DNA of 61,048 nt from an uncultured Verrucomicrobiota bacterium (GCA_946624575.1 CAMOSH010000002.1:1-61048); one strand, 5' to 3'. Positions 43,976 to 53,847 are shown, counted from the stretch's first letter. The notes: generated from the letters alone by a model not told the origin. Translations and numbers: made by a program.

Positions 43976-46900
43976 TCAGTTGTTTCCGGTAGTGGCATCA
44001 AGCCCGAGAATCGAGCTGTCGGTGCCCTTGACCTCGCGGCCGGCGGGATCGACGAGACGCGCGGACACGAAAATCAGAAGATTGCGCTTCTCGCTCTGCT
44101 CGTACTTGTAGCGGAAGAGGCGTCCGAGCAGCGGAATGTCGCCGAGGATCGGAATCTTGTCCTCCTCGCCGAAGCGCTCCTCCGTGATCATGCCGCCCAT
44201 GACCACCGTGGCGCCGTTGTAGATGTCGACCGACGTGGCGAGCGAGCGCACGGGGAAGAACGGCTGCTCCATCGTCAGATGGAAGCCCTCGTCGCTGCCG
44301 TACGACAGCGGATAGGTGTAGCCGTAGTCCTTCCAGGACGGCTCGGAGACGACGCTCGGAGTGAGATCGAGGCTGATCCGGGTACCGTCGGCCGAAACGC
44401 GGGGCGTGACCTGGAGGATGACGCCAACCTCGCGAGTCTGGAACGACTGAGGCTCGACGGCGGGAAGCGAGAACACCGTCGCATCGCCGTCGCCGGAGGT
44501 GTCGATGTCGGGGTAATCGACCTCGAACTCAGTCGGGTAGATGTATTCGACGACGCTCTTGATCGTGGCCTGGGAGCCGTTCTGCGCGACCACCTTGGGG
44601 GCGGAGAGCAGGTCCGCGCTCGACTTGTTGGCCAGTGCGTGCAGGACGACGGAAAGCTCAGGATTGGTGAGAATCGAGGAAACCTTCGCGATGCCGTCCG
44701 CGACGGGATTGGCGTTGTTGATGTTCTGGGAGGCGTTCTTGGTGAGGAAGTTGAAGCCGCCGGTGACATTCTGGGCGGCCATCGAAATGCGGCGGCGGGA
44801 GCGGACCGGCAGACCGGCGTCGCTCTTCTTCTCGGCGATTTCCCAGTCGTCGTTGAGAATCCATTCCAGACCGAGCGAATTGAGATCGGTCTGGCCGACT
44901 TCGACGAAACGGACCTCGATTTCGACCTGGAACGGTGTGACGTTGAGGGCGCCGAGAACCTGTTCGAGAGTCGCGAGATTGGAGGCGGTGTTCTTGACGA
45001 CGAGCTTGCCGATGCTCGGCATGTACTCGACCGTGGACTCATCGGGCCAGGCGACGCCGAGCTTGGAGAAGAACGCCTTCCAGTCGGTGGTGGCCTTGAC
45101 CTCGCCGGTGGAAATGGCGAAGGGATCGCCGCTGTCGCCGGAACCGCTGGAGTTCGAACCGCCAAGCGAAACCGTGCGCTCGACGATGTTCGGAAGCACG
45201 TTGTACATGCGGTGGATCAGGTCGCCCTCGGCGCGGTTGCGGGGCATGATCATGACGACATTGCCCTGGACGCGGTACTTGAGGCGGCTGAGCTCCATGA
45301 TCAGGTCGAGCGTCGAAAGCAGCGACACGTAGCGGGACTTGATCGTAATCTGGGGAATGCCGCCGGCGGAAGCGGCGACGGGAGCGGACGGAGCGGGCCC
45401 CCAAGGATCGTCGGCCGCGGCGGCCTGCGTCTCGGTGGCGCCGCCTTCGCCAAGGTCAAGCACAAAGTTGACGCCGCGCTCCTCGTTCGGAGTGTCTTCC
45501 TGGTCGTAGTCGCGGGACGCCTCGGAAAGGAACGCGATGACGTCGGCAACATTGGCCTGGCGGAAATCGACTTCGGGGAGGATGATGCGGTTCATCTTCT
45601 CGCGGATGCGCATCTCCGGCCCCAGATCGGGCTTGGCCTGATTGTCGCCATCCGAGCCGCCGACGGAGACACCGGCGTCGCCGGAGGTGAAATCGACCGC
45701 GTACGTGCGGGCGTTCCAGTCCTCGGTGACGGCGCGGAGCATGTCGTCGCGGGTGGTGCGGCGCTCGGCGTCCTTCCACTGGTGTTCACGATTAGCGAGC
45801 TTGCGCAAGAGCGCGAGCGCGTCGTTGTTCCAGGGATAATCGGCGAGAACCAGCTCGACCTTCTCGCGGCACTTGTCGTACTCGCCTGTGGCGTAGAACT
45901 CGCGGGCCTCGCGAAGGCGTGCGCGCCAGTCGCGGACGTTCGCGCGATACTCGTCCTGGCTCTGGCGCTTCTTGCGGGGCGGAACCGGCGGCTTGGGGGG
46001 ATTGGCCTGAAGGGCCTTCACTTGGTCGAGGAGCTTCTTGCCCTTGGAATGGCCGAGCTTGATTGCAAGGTTGGCGGCGGTTTCGGCCTCGGACATGGTG
46101 TCCGGAGAGACGCCGTCGCGCTTGCTCAAGATGTCGTCGACGCGCTGGGTGCCGATGCGGTAGTACGCTTCGCCGAGCTGGCGGCGGGACTCCTCGAGCA
46201 TCGAGTGGGTGGTGGCGGTGTCCACGTGCTCGTAGAACTTGATCGCCTCCTTGAAGCAATCTGCGGCGCGCGCCCAGTTGCCGGCCTTGAGATTCTGGAC
46301 GCCCTCGTCGTAGTTCTCCTGCGCGTGCTGGATGAAGAGATCGCGGCGGGACTTTTCGAGAGTGGCCATTTCGGCGGCGCTGCGCTGAAGCGGATCGACT
46401 TCGGCGGACTCGGCTGCGGGAGCCTCGGCGACTGCGGCGGCGGGGGCCTCAGCCGCGGCTTCGGGAGCGGGCGCGGCAACGGGGGACTCGGCGACCGCGG
46501 CGGCGGGAGCGGGCGCTTCAGCGACGGGCGCCTCCACGGCGACTGGCTGGGCAGGCTGCTCAGTGACAACCGCAATGCCAAGATCGGGGACGGCGGCCGC
46601 GGAGGAAGCGGCGGCGGCCGCAGGCTCGTCGGGCATCGCGGCGATGTCGGCGTCCGCGGCGAGATCGGCCACTGCATCGGCCACCGCTTCAGCCGTCGTT
46701 TCGGCAACGGGAGCCGCCGTGTCATCCTCGACGGCGACCAGTTCGTCAGCGGCGGGGACGACGACGGCTGGGGCCTCCTCGATCACGGGAAGCTCCTCCT
46801 CCTGCGCGGCGTCCGCGACCACGAGCGAAGCGTCGGCGGCGGAGGAGTCGTCCACAGTCGGGACGATGTCCGCCAGCGCATCGGACGCGGCGTCGGCCGA

Positions 46901-47110
46901 GGAATCCTCGAATATGGAGTCAAGGTTCACCTCGCCCAGGGAAACTTCGCCGGTGGAGGCGGACGTATCTTCGTCCAGATCCAGATCCATTCCGGCAAGC
47001 TCGAGCTGCTTGGCGTTGAGAACCACTTTTGGCTGCCCGGCGAAGGCGAATGCCGCGCAAAACGCGGTTGCCGCCGTTGCCCCGAGGCCGAGAACTTGCA
47101 TTGCTTTCAT
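43976..47110 (-). CDS. Secretin-family outer-membrane channel (PilQ/GspD type; Amuc_1098-like by context) with a long acidic Ala/Pro-rich N-terminal extension
   Basis: Has a signal peptide (MKAMQVLGLGATAATAFCAAFAFAG) and about 240 aa of low complexity (D/E/A/P). The C-terminal secretin block is VILQVTPRVSADG...GGMITEE...IPILGDIPLLGRLFRYK...LLIFVSARLV. Confidence 0.85.
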   Translation of the reverse strand: MKAMQVLGLGATAATAFCAAFAFAGQPKVVLNAKQLELAGMDLDLDEDTSASTGEVSLGEVNLDSIFEDSSADAASDALADIVPTVDDSSAADASLVVADAAQEEELPVIEEAPAVVVPAADELVAVEDDTAAPVAETTAEAVADAVADLAADADIAAMPDEPAAAAASSAAAVPDLGIAVVTEQPAQPVAVEAPVAEAPAPAAAVAESPVAAPAPEAAAEAPAAAVAEAPAAESAEVDPLQRSAAEMATLEKSRRDLFIQHAQENYDEGVQNLKAGNWARAADCFKEAIKFYEHVDTATTHSMLEESRRQLGEAYYRIGTQRVDDILSKRDGVSPDTMSEAETAANLAIKLGHSKGKKLLDQVKALQANPPKPPVPPRKKRQSQDEYRANVRDWRARLREAREFYATGEYDKCREKVELVLADYPWNNDALALLRKLANREHQWKDAERRTTRDDMLRAVTEDWNARTYAVDFTSGDAGVSVGGSDGDNQAKPDLGPEMRIREKMNRIILPEVDFRQANVADVIAFLSEASRDYDQEDTPNEERGVNFVLDLGEGGATETQAAAADDPWGPAPSAPVAASAGGIPQITIKSRYVSLLSTLDLIMELSRLKYRVQGNVVMIMPRNRAEGDLIHRMYNVLPNIVERTVSLGGSNSSGSGDSGDPFAISTGEVKATTDWKAFFSKLGVAWPDESTVEYMPSIGKLVVKNTASNLATLEQVLGALNVTPFQVEIEVRFVEVGQTDLNSLGLEWILNDDWEIAEKKSDAGLPVRSRRRISMAAQNVTGGFNFLTKNASQNINNANPVADGIAKVSSILTNPELSVVLHALANKSSADLLSAPKVVAQNGSQATIKSVVEYIYPTEFEVDYPDIDTSGDGDATVFSLPAVEPQSFQTREVGVILQVTPRVSADGTRISLDLTPSVVSEPSWKDYGYTYPLSYGSDEGFHLTMEQPFFPVRSLATSVDIYNGATVVMGGMITEERFGEEDKIPILGDIPLLGRLFRYKYEQSEKRNLLIFVSARLVDPAGREVKGTDSSILGLDATTGNN

Positions 47111-47195
47111 CTGAAGAGTTCCGAATGTGAGAACTTGTTAAAGTCGAAATTTACGGGAATTGGAAACGGGAGTGGACCACAAGCGGCCCGAATGC

Positions 47196-48233
47196 TCATT
47201 TTGAAGGCACCTGAAGAAGTTCGCCGGTGGATTCGCGGCGTATCGCGGCCGCATTGGCGCTGCGACGCACGTCGACAAGCGTGAAGCGTTCGCCGTCGAA
47301 CACGAAGGTCTCGTTGCGCTTCACGGTGATTTCCTTGGGATTCTTGTCCTTCTCGCAGAAGAGCGTCACCTCGAAGGCGGACGAAACGGCCTCGCGACCC
47401 TCCTGGAGCTCGACCTCGTCGGCCCCACGCTTGAACGTGAGCACGAAAAGATCCGTCTCCTTGTCCGGGAGACCGGGGCGCTTGAGAATTCCCTTGCGCG
47501 TGGTGTAGGAGGCCAGAGTGAAGCCCGAATTGTCGAGCTCCTCGCCCTTCTTGATCGTATGGGTCATTCCGCGCGGCCCGTTGATCTGGAACTTGAACTG
47601 GTCGCCGGGCATCCTGATCTTGCCGCTGAGCAGATAGGGGAACGGGGTGGCCTCTATCTTTGCGACGCGAAGGAACGCGAAGCGTGGCGGATGGCTCGAG
47701 GGATTGCGCGGGTCGGTGCCGGCGTCGAACTCCTCCTTGTTGGAGAATCCATCGCCGTCGGGATCCCCGTTGGCGTCGCCCGGATCGAGCGGGTTGAGAC
47801 CGTGCTTCTTCTCCCAGGAGTCCGGGATGCCATCGCCGTCGCCGTCCCAGTCATCGCCGACGACGTCGGAAGGCTGGGCAACGCCGCAAACGGGGCACAT
47901 GTCGGCCGAAAGCGGAATCGGACGCGAGCAGCCCACGCAGGAAACGCGCTCGGGCGCGGCAAGGAACGCGACATTTGTGCCGCCCATGCGCCAAGGCTCC
48001 TCCATCGCGTGCAAGGCCGCGCCAAAGGCGTGCGGGGTAGCCTCGGCAAGCGCGTTGCGACCGGACTCGGACTTGAGCTTGTCGAGCTTGCGGATGAACT
48101 CGCGCTCCGCGTCGGCGGCGCCGGTCGGCCCCTTCACGAAAGCGAAGAACGCGGACACGACGAGCAAAACGACCGCGCCGACAAGCAGCAGCTTGTCGTA
48201 GTGCTCGGCCAACAATTTCTTCTGGGAAGCCAT
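47196..48233 (-). CDS. TM-anchored protein with a zinc ribbon and thrombospondin-type-3-like Asp repeats (Amuc_1099-like by context)
   Basis: Has a TM segment (LLLVGAVVLLVVSAFFAF). The zinc ribbon is CVGCSRPIPLSADMCPVCG. The Asp repeats are DDWDGDGDGIPDSWE...DPGDANGDPDGDGFSNKEEFDAGTDP. Confidence 0.6.
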   Translation of the reverse strand: MASQKKLLAEHYDKLLLVGAVVLLVVSAFFAFVKGPTGAADAEREFIRKLDKLKSESGRNALAEATPHAFGAALHAMEEPWRMGGTNVAFLAAPERVSCVGCSRPIPLSADMCPVCGVAQPSDVVGDDWDGDGDGIPDSWEKKHGLNPLDPGDANGDPDGDGFSNKEEFDAGTDPRNPSSHPPRFAFLRVAKIEATPFPYLLSGKIRMPGDQFKFQINGPRGMTHTIKKGEELDNSGFTLASYTTRKGILKRPGLPDKETDLFVLTFKRGADEVELQEGREAVSSAFEVTLFCEKDKNPKEITVKRNETFVFDGERFTLVDVRRSANAAAIRRESTGELLQVPSK

Positions 48234-48236
48234 CGG

Positions 48237-49349
48237 CTACTCCTCCTCCTCCTTGTTTTCACCAGACGGCGCCGGCTCGGCCGAATAGACATCCACGTAC
48301 ATCCTGACGCGGACTGGGGCTTCGAGCAACGGACCGGAAACAAGCCGCGAAGTGCGCGGCGCGGGCCTGGCCTTGATACCGGCCGGGGCCTCCTCGGCGT
48401 CGGCGCGGCGACCGCGACGGCCGCCACCGGACTCCTCGCCGTCGCCGGCGTCGGGTCCTGCGACGGGGGACTTCACGTCCTCGCCGATCTTGTCGAACGA
48501 AAGGCTGGCCACAGTCGCGTACGGCTCCAGGGCGTCGATCGCGTCGAGCGCGGCGGAAAGCGCGGCGGCCTTGGCCTGGAAGACGAACACGAAGCGCTGG
48601 CGCGAAATCGGCAGGACCGAATCGAGCGCGGGCGCCGGAGCGAGCGGGATGTCAACTGCGGCCGGGACTTCCCGCGCACCGCCCTCGGAGCTTTCGGACG
48701 AGGCGGAGCCGCGATTGCGGCGGCGCCGGCCGCCACCGCCGGACGAGCCGCCGCCACCGCCGCCGACGCGCGCGGAAAAATCATCCTGGAGGGATGGTTC
48801 CGCGCCGCCCTCGAACACTTCGCGCCCGACGCCCTCAATCCGGGAAATGCCAGTTGCGTAGAGGGCGCGGACGAGATGATCGACAAGCTTGAGCTGGTGA
48901 ACGAGACGGGGCACGTCCGCATCCTCGGCGGGAGTGCCGCCGGAATAGCGACCGAAACCGAACGAAAAGCCAGGCTGGACAATCGGGGCTCCGTCGTCGC
49001 CGACAGGTGCGTCCTTGGCGAGCGCGACGAGCGTCTGTTCGCGCAAACGGCTGAAATCGCCGGGGCTCATGCCCTCGGCGCCGCCGACGAACGGATCGGG
49101 GCCGAGTTCGCCCTGCAACTCCCTAGCCCAGCCTTCGGCCTTTACAAGATTGGCCTCGGCCACGTCGGCGTTCTGCTGGCTGGGATAGGGATTGGACGAC
49201 GCGAGCTTATTGGCGGCGCGGAACGCGCTATCGCGCTCGGAGAGGCGGGAGGATGCTCCCGAAAAACAGATGCCGGCCCAGACGGCGGCGCCGAGCACGA
49301 CCACGCCGGAAACGGCTCCGGCGGCAATCAAAACAGTCTTGTCATTCAT
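48237..49349 (-). CDS. TM-anchored pilus-like-system protein (position of Amuc_1100)
   Basis: Has an N-terminal TM segment (VLIAAGAVSGVVVLGAAVWAGI) and a Gly/Arg-rich insert (GGGGGSSGGGGRRRRNRG). It is translationally coupled on both sides. The family assignment is by synteny only. Confidence 0.5.
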   Translation of the reverse strand: MNDKTVLIAAGAVSGVVVLGAAVWAGICFSGASSRLSERDSAFRAANKLASSNPYPSQQNADVAEANLVKAEGWARELQGELGPDPFVGGAEGMSPGDFSRLREQTLVALAKDAPVGDDGAPIVQPGFSFGFGRYSGGTPAEDADVPRLVHQLKLVDHLVRALYATGISRIEGVGREVFEGGAEPSLQDDFSARVGGGGGGSSGGGGRRRRNRGSASSESSEGGAREVPAAVDIPLAPAPALDSVLPISRQRFVFVFQAKAAALSAALDAIDALEPYATVASLSFDKIGEDVKSPVAGPDAGDGEESGGGRRGRRADAEEAPAGIKARPAPRTSRLVSGPLLEAPVRVRMYVDVYSAEPAPSGENKEEEE

Positions 49350-51124
49350 CAGGCGTCGCCCTCCGAATCGGAATCATCGTCGCCTTCGCCATCCGCGGCG
49401 GCGGCGGGCTTGGCCGAGGGCTCCGGGGGAATCCAGGAGACGTCCGGACGGCCCAGCGGCCGCGCCAGGTCAAGCGTGAGCTGAAGCTCGGTGACACGGC
49501 CGTCGGCGACCACGGGCTCGCGATCGACCTTGCCGTCGGTGAACATGCGCGGGCCGCGCAGAAGGTTCGACAGCATCTTCTCGCCAGCGGACCCCTTGCC
49601 GGGCAACTTGTCCATCTCGGACTTGTAGCCACGCGCCACGACGCGCAGCGCGCCGTACTGGCCGGAGCCGGCGGACTCGGCGCCGGGTTCTTCAGAGGAA
49701 GCGGAAGAATCGACCTGGGAAACTGAAACGAGCCAGGCTCCGCGCGGAAGCGAACGCCTGATGTGTTCGATTGCGAACGGCCAGGACGCTCGGGAGAGAG
49801 CGAGGGCGGCCCAGGCATCGGCCTTGCCGACTGCGGACTCGGCGCGACTGGCGGCACCGTCGAGGGTCTGCTTGGCGCTCTTGAGATCGCGCTCGACCTT
49901 CTTCGCCGCCGTGGCCTGCCTTTCGCGCGATTCGGCGAGCCGCCCGGCGTAGACGCCCCAGCACACAATCGAAAGCGCGAGCGCGGCCACCGAGGCGCCG
50001 AAGAACGGAATGCGGGCCTTGAAGCGCCGCTTTGCGACGATTTCCGGCGGAACGAGGTTGATCGAGAGCGGAGAGTGGCCGCATTCGCGCCAGGCCGCGC
50101 CGACCGAAGGGGCGAGCAGGAAGAGCGTAGTGTCGTCCGCAGCGGCGCCGGAGCCGATTTTCGCCGTGGTGAACGGATTGAAGAAATCGACGTCAACGCC
50201 CAGCTTTTCGCGGAAGAACGTATCCAGATGGCGCGTTAGGGAGGCGCCGCCGGAGAGCAGGACGCGCACGGGAGCCGAACCGCCCTGCTGACTGCGGTAG
50301 AAATTGATCGAGCGCGTGATTTCGGAATGCAGGCGCGTGGCGACGTTGCGCAGGACCTTGGAAGCGCGGTCCGCGCGCTCGTCGTCGGTTCCGGTCACGC
50401 CGCCAAGCGACACGAAACCGGACTCCTTCTTGTATACTTCGGCCTCGGCCGGCTCGATCGCGAGGGAGCGCGCGATCTCGTTGGTCATGGTGTTGCCGGC
50501 GATTGGAATCGACCGCAGGAACACCTTGTCGCCTTCGAGGAACACGAGATTCGTGGCGCGGGCCCCGATGTCAAGAACCAGAGTGCAGCCGTCAAGATCC
50601 GGCATCGACATCCGCACCGAGTTGCAAAGGGCCAGCGGGATCGCATCGACCGACGCGAGCGGCAGGCCGACGGCCTCGGCGAGCGCCGCGGCGTCGGCGG
50701 CGGTCTCGGTCTTCGTCGCGACAATCAAGGTGTCGATTTCACCGGTGTCGGAATCGACGGAAAGGCGCGTGCTGTCCCAGACAGCCTGGTCGAGCTGGAC
50801 GGGAAGATGCTCGGCCGCCTCGTCGCGGATCATGCCCGCTACGAAATCGTCCGCCCCGCCCTGTATCTTGGAGAACCGCAGGAAGACCTGCTGCCCGGAA
50901 AGCATAACGCAAAGCGGCGCCGGCTTGATTCCGGCGCTCGCCATGAGCTGCTTCACCGTGTCGGCCAGATCGACGAGAGGCTCGTTGCGGTTGGCCGCCG
51001 CCGCGATCGGATCGCGCTCCGCCACGGCCACGTTGACCAGTTCTGGTGCGCTGCCGCCAAGCGCGTATTCGGAGAGAAAGATTTTGCCGGCTCCGACATC
51101 CAGCGCGAGAAAACGCCCGTTCAT
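49349..51124 (-). CDS. PilM-like actin-fold ATPase fused to a TM segment plus a PilN/PilO-like C-terminal region (Amuc_1101-like)
   Basis: Starts MNGRFLALDVGAGKIFLSEY. It has LVLDIGARATNLVF (the actin-fold phosphate-2 motif) and LLSGGASL. The C-terminal region has a TM segment (FFGASVAALALSIVCWGVYAG) followed by a coiled coil. Confidence 0.75.
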   Translation of the reverse strand: MNGRFLALDVGAGKIFLSEYALGGSAPELVNVAVAERDPIAAAANRNEPLVDLADTVKQLMASAGIKPAPLCVMLSGQQVFLRFSKIQGGADDFVAGMIRDEAAEHLPVQLDQAVWDSTRLSVDSDTGEIDTLIVATKTETAADAAALAEAVGLPLASVDAIPLALCNSVRMSMPDLDGCTLVLDIGARATNLVFLEGDKVFLRSIPIAGNTMTNEIARSLAIEPAEAEVYKKESGFVSLGGVTGTDDERADRASKVLRNVATRLHSEITRSINFYRSQQGGSAPVRVLLSGGASLTRHLDTFFREKLGVDVDFFNPFTTAKIGSGAAADDTTLFLLAPSVGAAWRECGHSPLSINLVPPEIVAKRRFKARIPFFGASVAALALSIVCWGVYAGRLAESRERQATAAKKVERDLKSAKQTLDGAASRAESAVGKADAWAALALSRASWPFAIEHIRRSLPRGAWLVSVSQVDSSASSEEPGAESAGSGQYGALRVVARGYKSEMDKLPGKGSAGEKMLSNLLRGPRMFTDGKVDREPVVADGRVTELQLTLDLARPLGRPDVSWIPPEPSAKPAAAADGEGDDDSDSEGDA

Positions 51125-51127
51125 GCT

Positions 51128-51781
51128 CTAGTTGGCGCGGCTTGTGAGGTAGGAGTCCGGTTCGACGAGAGCGAACGGGGACTTGGCTCGGTCGAAGAGG
51201 TACCCCTCGTGAACCTCGGTGGCGGGACCGGCGATGATCTGGTCGGCAGTCCACCAGTCGTTCGCGCGCTTTTCGAGCAGACCGGCCTCCTTGTGGTAGG
51301 CGGGACAGACCTCCTCGCCATCAATAGTGAACTGCGCGGCGAAGCCCATCGGAACGCCCCAGCGCTGGAGCGCCACGGGCAGAAGCACGACGCCGGCGCG
51401 ATGCTCGCGATCCTTCGGAATGTCACCGTAGGAGACGGTCGTGCGGAAGAAGTGGAAATTCTTCTCGCCCTTTTCCTTGTCCGCGTCCTTCTTGAACAGC
51501 ATGACGCTGTAGGTCACGGTCAGCTCGTCGAGCCAGTCGGGGCGCGTCGCGAACGCGACGTCGAAGACGCCCCAGACCTTGGCCTTGCTTGCGGAGGCGC
51601 CTCCGGAAATCGACGGGGTCTTCTTCACCTCCCATTTCGTCAAGTCGGTGCACTTGTTGGGAAGTGGCATGACCGAACCGGCCGCGAGCGAAGCTTCCTG
51701 CGCGGAGGCTGGAAGAGAGGCCGCCATCGCGAATGCCGCGAAAAACGGGAGGAATCTGTGAGTTGATTTGAAAAACGACAT
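51128..51781 (-). CDS. Small secreted protein, first gene of the pilus-like operon (position of Amuc_1102)
   Basis: ATG 51781 gives MSFFKSTHRFLPFFAAFAMAASLPASAQ (signal peptide). Its stop is 3 nt before the PilM-like start. Confidence 0.5.
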   Translation of the reverse strand: MSFFKSTHRFLPFFAAFAMAASLPASAQEASLAAGSVMPLPNKCTDLTKWEVKKTPSISGGASASKAKVWGVFDVAFATRPDWLDELTVTYSVMLFKKDADKEKGEKNFHFFRTTVSYGDIPKDREHRAGVVLLPVALQRWGVPMGFAAQFTIDGEEVCPAYHKEAGLLEKRANDWWTADQIIAGPATEVHEGYLFDRAKSPFALVEPDSYLTSRAN

Positions 51782-51909
51782 GGCGGAACGACTCCGTGAT
51801 TTGTCTGCGACGGGAAAGCGGGGAATCCGCCCTCGCGCCCAAGCGTCGGCCCAAATCGTACACGATTGCGCCTTGGGAATCAACGGAAAAATCACGCATG
51901 GCCTCTAGA

Positions 51910-51931
51910 GGCCCGGAATCGGGCCGTTTTT
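51910..51931 (+). terminator. Terminator-like hairpin plus T5 in the gatC 5' region (attenuator or small-RNA end?)
   Basis: ggcccg-gaat-cgggcc (51910-51925) is followed by gttttt. It overlaps the 14-nt palindrome ggcctctagaggcc (51900-51913). No plus-strand gene lies upstream. Confidence 0.3.
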
Positions 51932-52032
51932 CCGGCTTTTCGGCCCTGTTCCGGGCCGGTCCGCGGGCGAAATCCCCATGCGCCGGCGCGGGGGGTGGCG
52001 TTTGTGGCGGGCAGGTGCTATCCTTGCGCGCC

Positions 52033-52371
52033 ATGAACGAAAACAACAGCATAGGCGCGGCGGACGCGCGGCCCGCCGCCGCACAGGGCGCCGGCGGCAT
52101 CGACGTGGCGCACGTCTGCGAACTGGCCCATTTCGACTTTTCCACGGAGGAGCGCGAACGCTTCCAGAAGCAGCTCGAACCGATCGCCGCGTACGTGCGC
52201 AAGCTCTTCGAGGTGGACGTGGAGGGAGTGGAGCCCACGCAGTACGGACAGCCGGTGGCGAACGTGTTCCGCGAGGACGTGCCGGAGCCCACGCTCGACC
52301 GCGAAACCGTCCTGGCAAACGCCCCGGACGCCTCCGACTCCGAATTCAGAATGCCCAAAATCGTGGAGTAG
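52033..52371 (+). CDS. gatC: Asp/Glu-tRNA amidotransferase subunit C
   Basis: ATG 52033 lies within ORF 51796..52371. Family blocks are VAHVCELAHFDFSTEERERFQKQLEPIAAYVRKLFEVDVEGVEPT and FREDVP. Confidence 0.85.
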   Translation: MNENNSIGAADARPAAAQGAGGIDVAHVCELAHFDFSTEERERFQKQLEPIAAYVRKLFEVDVEGVEPTQYGQPVANVFREDVPEPTLDRETVLANAPDASDSEFRMPKIVE

Positions 52372-52377
52372 CCGCAA

Positions 52378-53847
52378 ATGCCCGCATCAGAAAAAATCGA
52401 CATTGCCCGCCTTGGCGTCGCGGACGCGCGCGACGCGCTGCGGCGCGGGGACTTTTCGTCGGTCGAACTCGTCCAGTCGGTGCTGGACGCCATAGCGGCC
52501 AAAGACGGCGACATCGGCGCGTACCTCACGGTCGACGCCGAGGGGGCGCTCGCCGGCGCGGCCGAAGCCGACCGGCGCCGCCGCGCCGGGGAAAGCGGAG
52601 ACCTGCTCGGCATTCCCGTGGCGATGAAGGACATATTCAACGTCAAGGGCCAGCCATGCACCTGCGCCTCCCGCATCCTGGAGGGATACGTGGCGCCGTA
52701 CGACGCGACAGTCGTGACGCGGCTGCGCGAAGCTGGCGCGATACCGTGCGGGCGCGTAAACATGGATGAATTCGCGATGGGCACCTCCACGGAGCACAGC
52801 GCGTTCCACCCGACGCGCAACCCCGTCGCTCCGGACCGGGTGCCGGGCGGCTCGTCTGGCGGCAGCGCGGCTGCCGTGGCGGGCGGCATGGCGCTCTGCT
52901 CCCTCGGCACCGACACGGGCGGTTCGATCCGCCAGCCCGCATCGTTCTGCGGATGCGTGGGCCTGAAACCATCGTACGGGCGCGTCTCGCGCTACGGCGT
53001 GACCGCGTTCGCCTCGTCGCTGGACCAGGTGGGGCCGATCACGCGCACCGTCGAGGACGCGGCGCTGCTGCTGCGCGCGATCGCCGGCGCCGACCCGCAC
53101 GACCAGACCTGCCTGGACCGCCCCGTGCCGGACTACGCCGGGACGCTGCGCCACGCTTCGCCAGCGGGGCTGCGCATCGGGGTACCGAAGGAGTACTTCG
53201 TGCAGGGCGTGGACCCCGAAGTGGCCGCCGCCGTGCGCGCGGCGATAGACAAGGCTGCCGACGCAGGCGCGGAAGTGCGCGAAATCTCCCTGCCGCACAC
53301 GGAATACGCGATCGCGGTCTACTACATCTGCGCCACGGCGGAGGCGAGCGCCAACCTGGCGCGCTTCGACGGCGTCCGGTACGGCGCGCGCAGGCTAGGC
53401 CCGGACGCCTCGCTGCGCTCGCTCTACGACCGCTCGCGCACCGACGGATTCGGACCGGAGGTCAAACGGCGCATCCTGCTGGGCACCTGGGTGCTTTCCA
53501 GCGGCTATCGCGACGCCTACTACCGCCGCGCCCTCAAAGTGCGCACCCTGGTGCGCCGCGATTTCGACGAGGCGTTCGCCGCATGCGACGTCATCATGGG
53601 GCCCGTGGCGCCCACGGCGGCGCCGCGGCTCGGCGCCGCCGCGGACGATCCGCTGAAGGCGTATCTCGGGGACGCGTTCACGGTACCCGCGAACCTGGCC
53701 GGCCTGTGCGGGATTTCGGTGCCGTGCGGCTTCGCCGAAGGCGGGAGGCTGCCCGTCGGGCTGCAGATCCTCGCTCCGGCGTTCGGCGAACCCGCGCTGC
53801 TTTCGGCGGCGGCCGCGATGGAGACGCTCCTCGCCGCCCGGGCCTGA
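52378..53847 (+). CDS. gatA: Asp/Glu-tRNA amidotransferase subunit A
   Basis: The amidase signature GGSSGGSAAAVA is present, along with GIPVAMKDIFNVKG and GTDTGGSIRQPA. The product is 489 aa. Confidence 0.95.
   Translation: MPASEKIDIARLGVADARDALRRGDFSSVELVQSVLDAIAAKDGDIGAYLTVDAEGALAGAAEADRRRRAGESGDLLGIPVAMKDIFNVKGQPCTCASRILEGYVAPYDATVVTRLREAGAIPCGRVNMDEFAMGTSTEHSAFHPTRNPVAPDRVPGGSSGGSAAAVAGGMALCSLGTDTGGSIRQPASFCGCVGLKPSYGRVSRYGVTAFASSLDQVGPITRTVEDAALLLRAIAGADPHDQTCLDRPVPDYAGTLRHASPAGLRIGVPKEYFVQGVDPEVAAAVRAAIDKAADAGAEVREISLPHTEYAIAVYYICATAEASANLARFDGVRYGARRLGPDASLRSLYDRSRTDGFGPEVKRRILLGTWVLSSGYRDAYYRRALKVRTLVRRDFDEAFAACDVIMGPVAPTAAPRLGAAADDPLKAYLGDAFTVPANLAGLCGISVPCGFAEGGRLPVGLQILAPAFGEPALLSAAAAMETLLAARA

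Noticed and set aside
44279-51766. Plus-strand ORFs 44279..47284 (1001 aa), 47559..49484 (641 aa) and 50327..51766 (479 aa) across the pilus-like cluster.
   Set aside because: All are antisense to tightly coupled minus-strand genes carrying secretin or PilM motifs. Their translations are repetitive G/R/D/A-rich strings with no start-site support.
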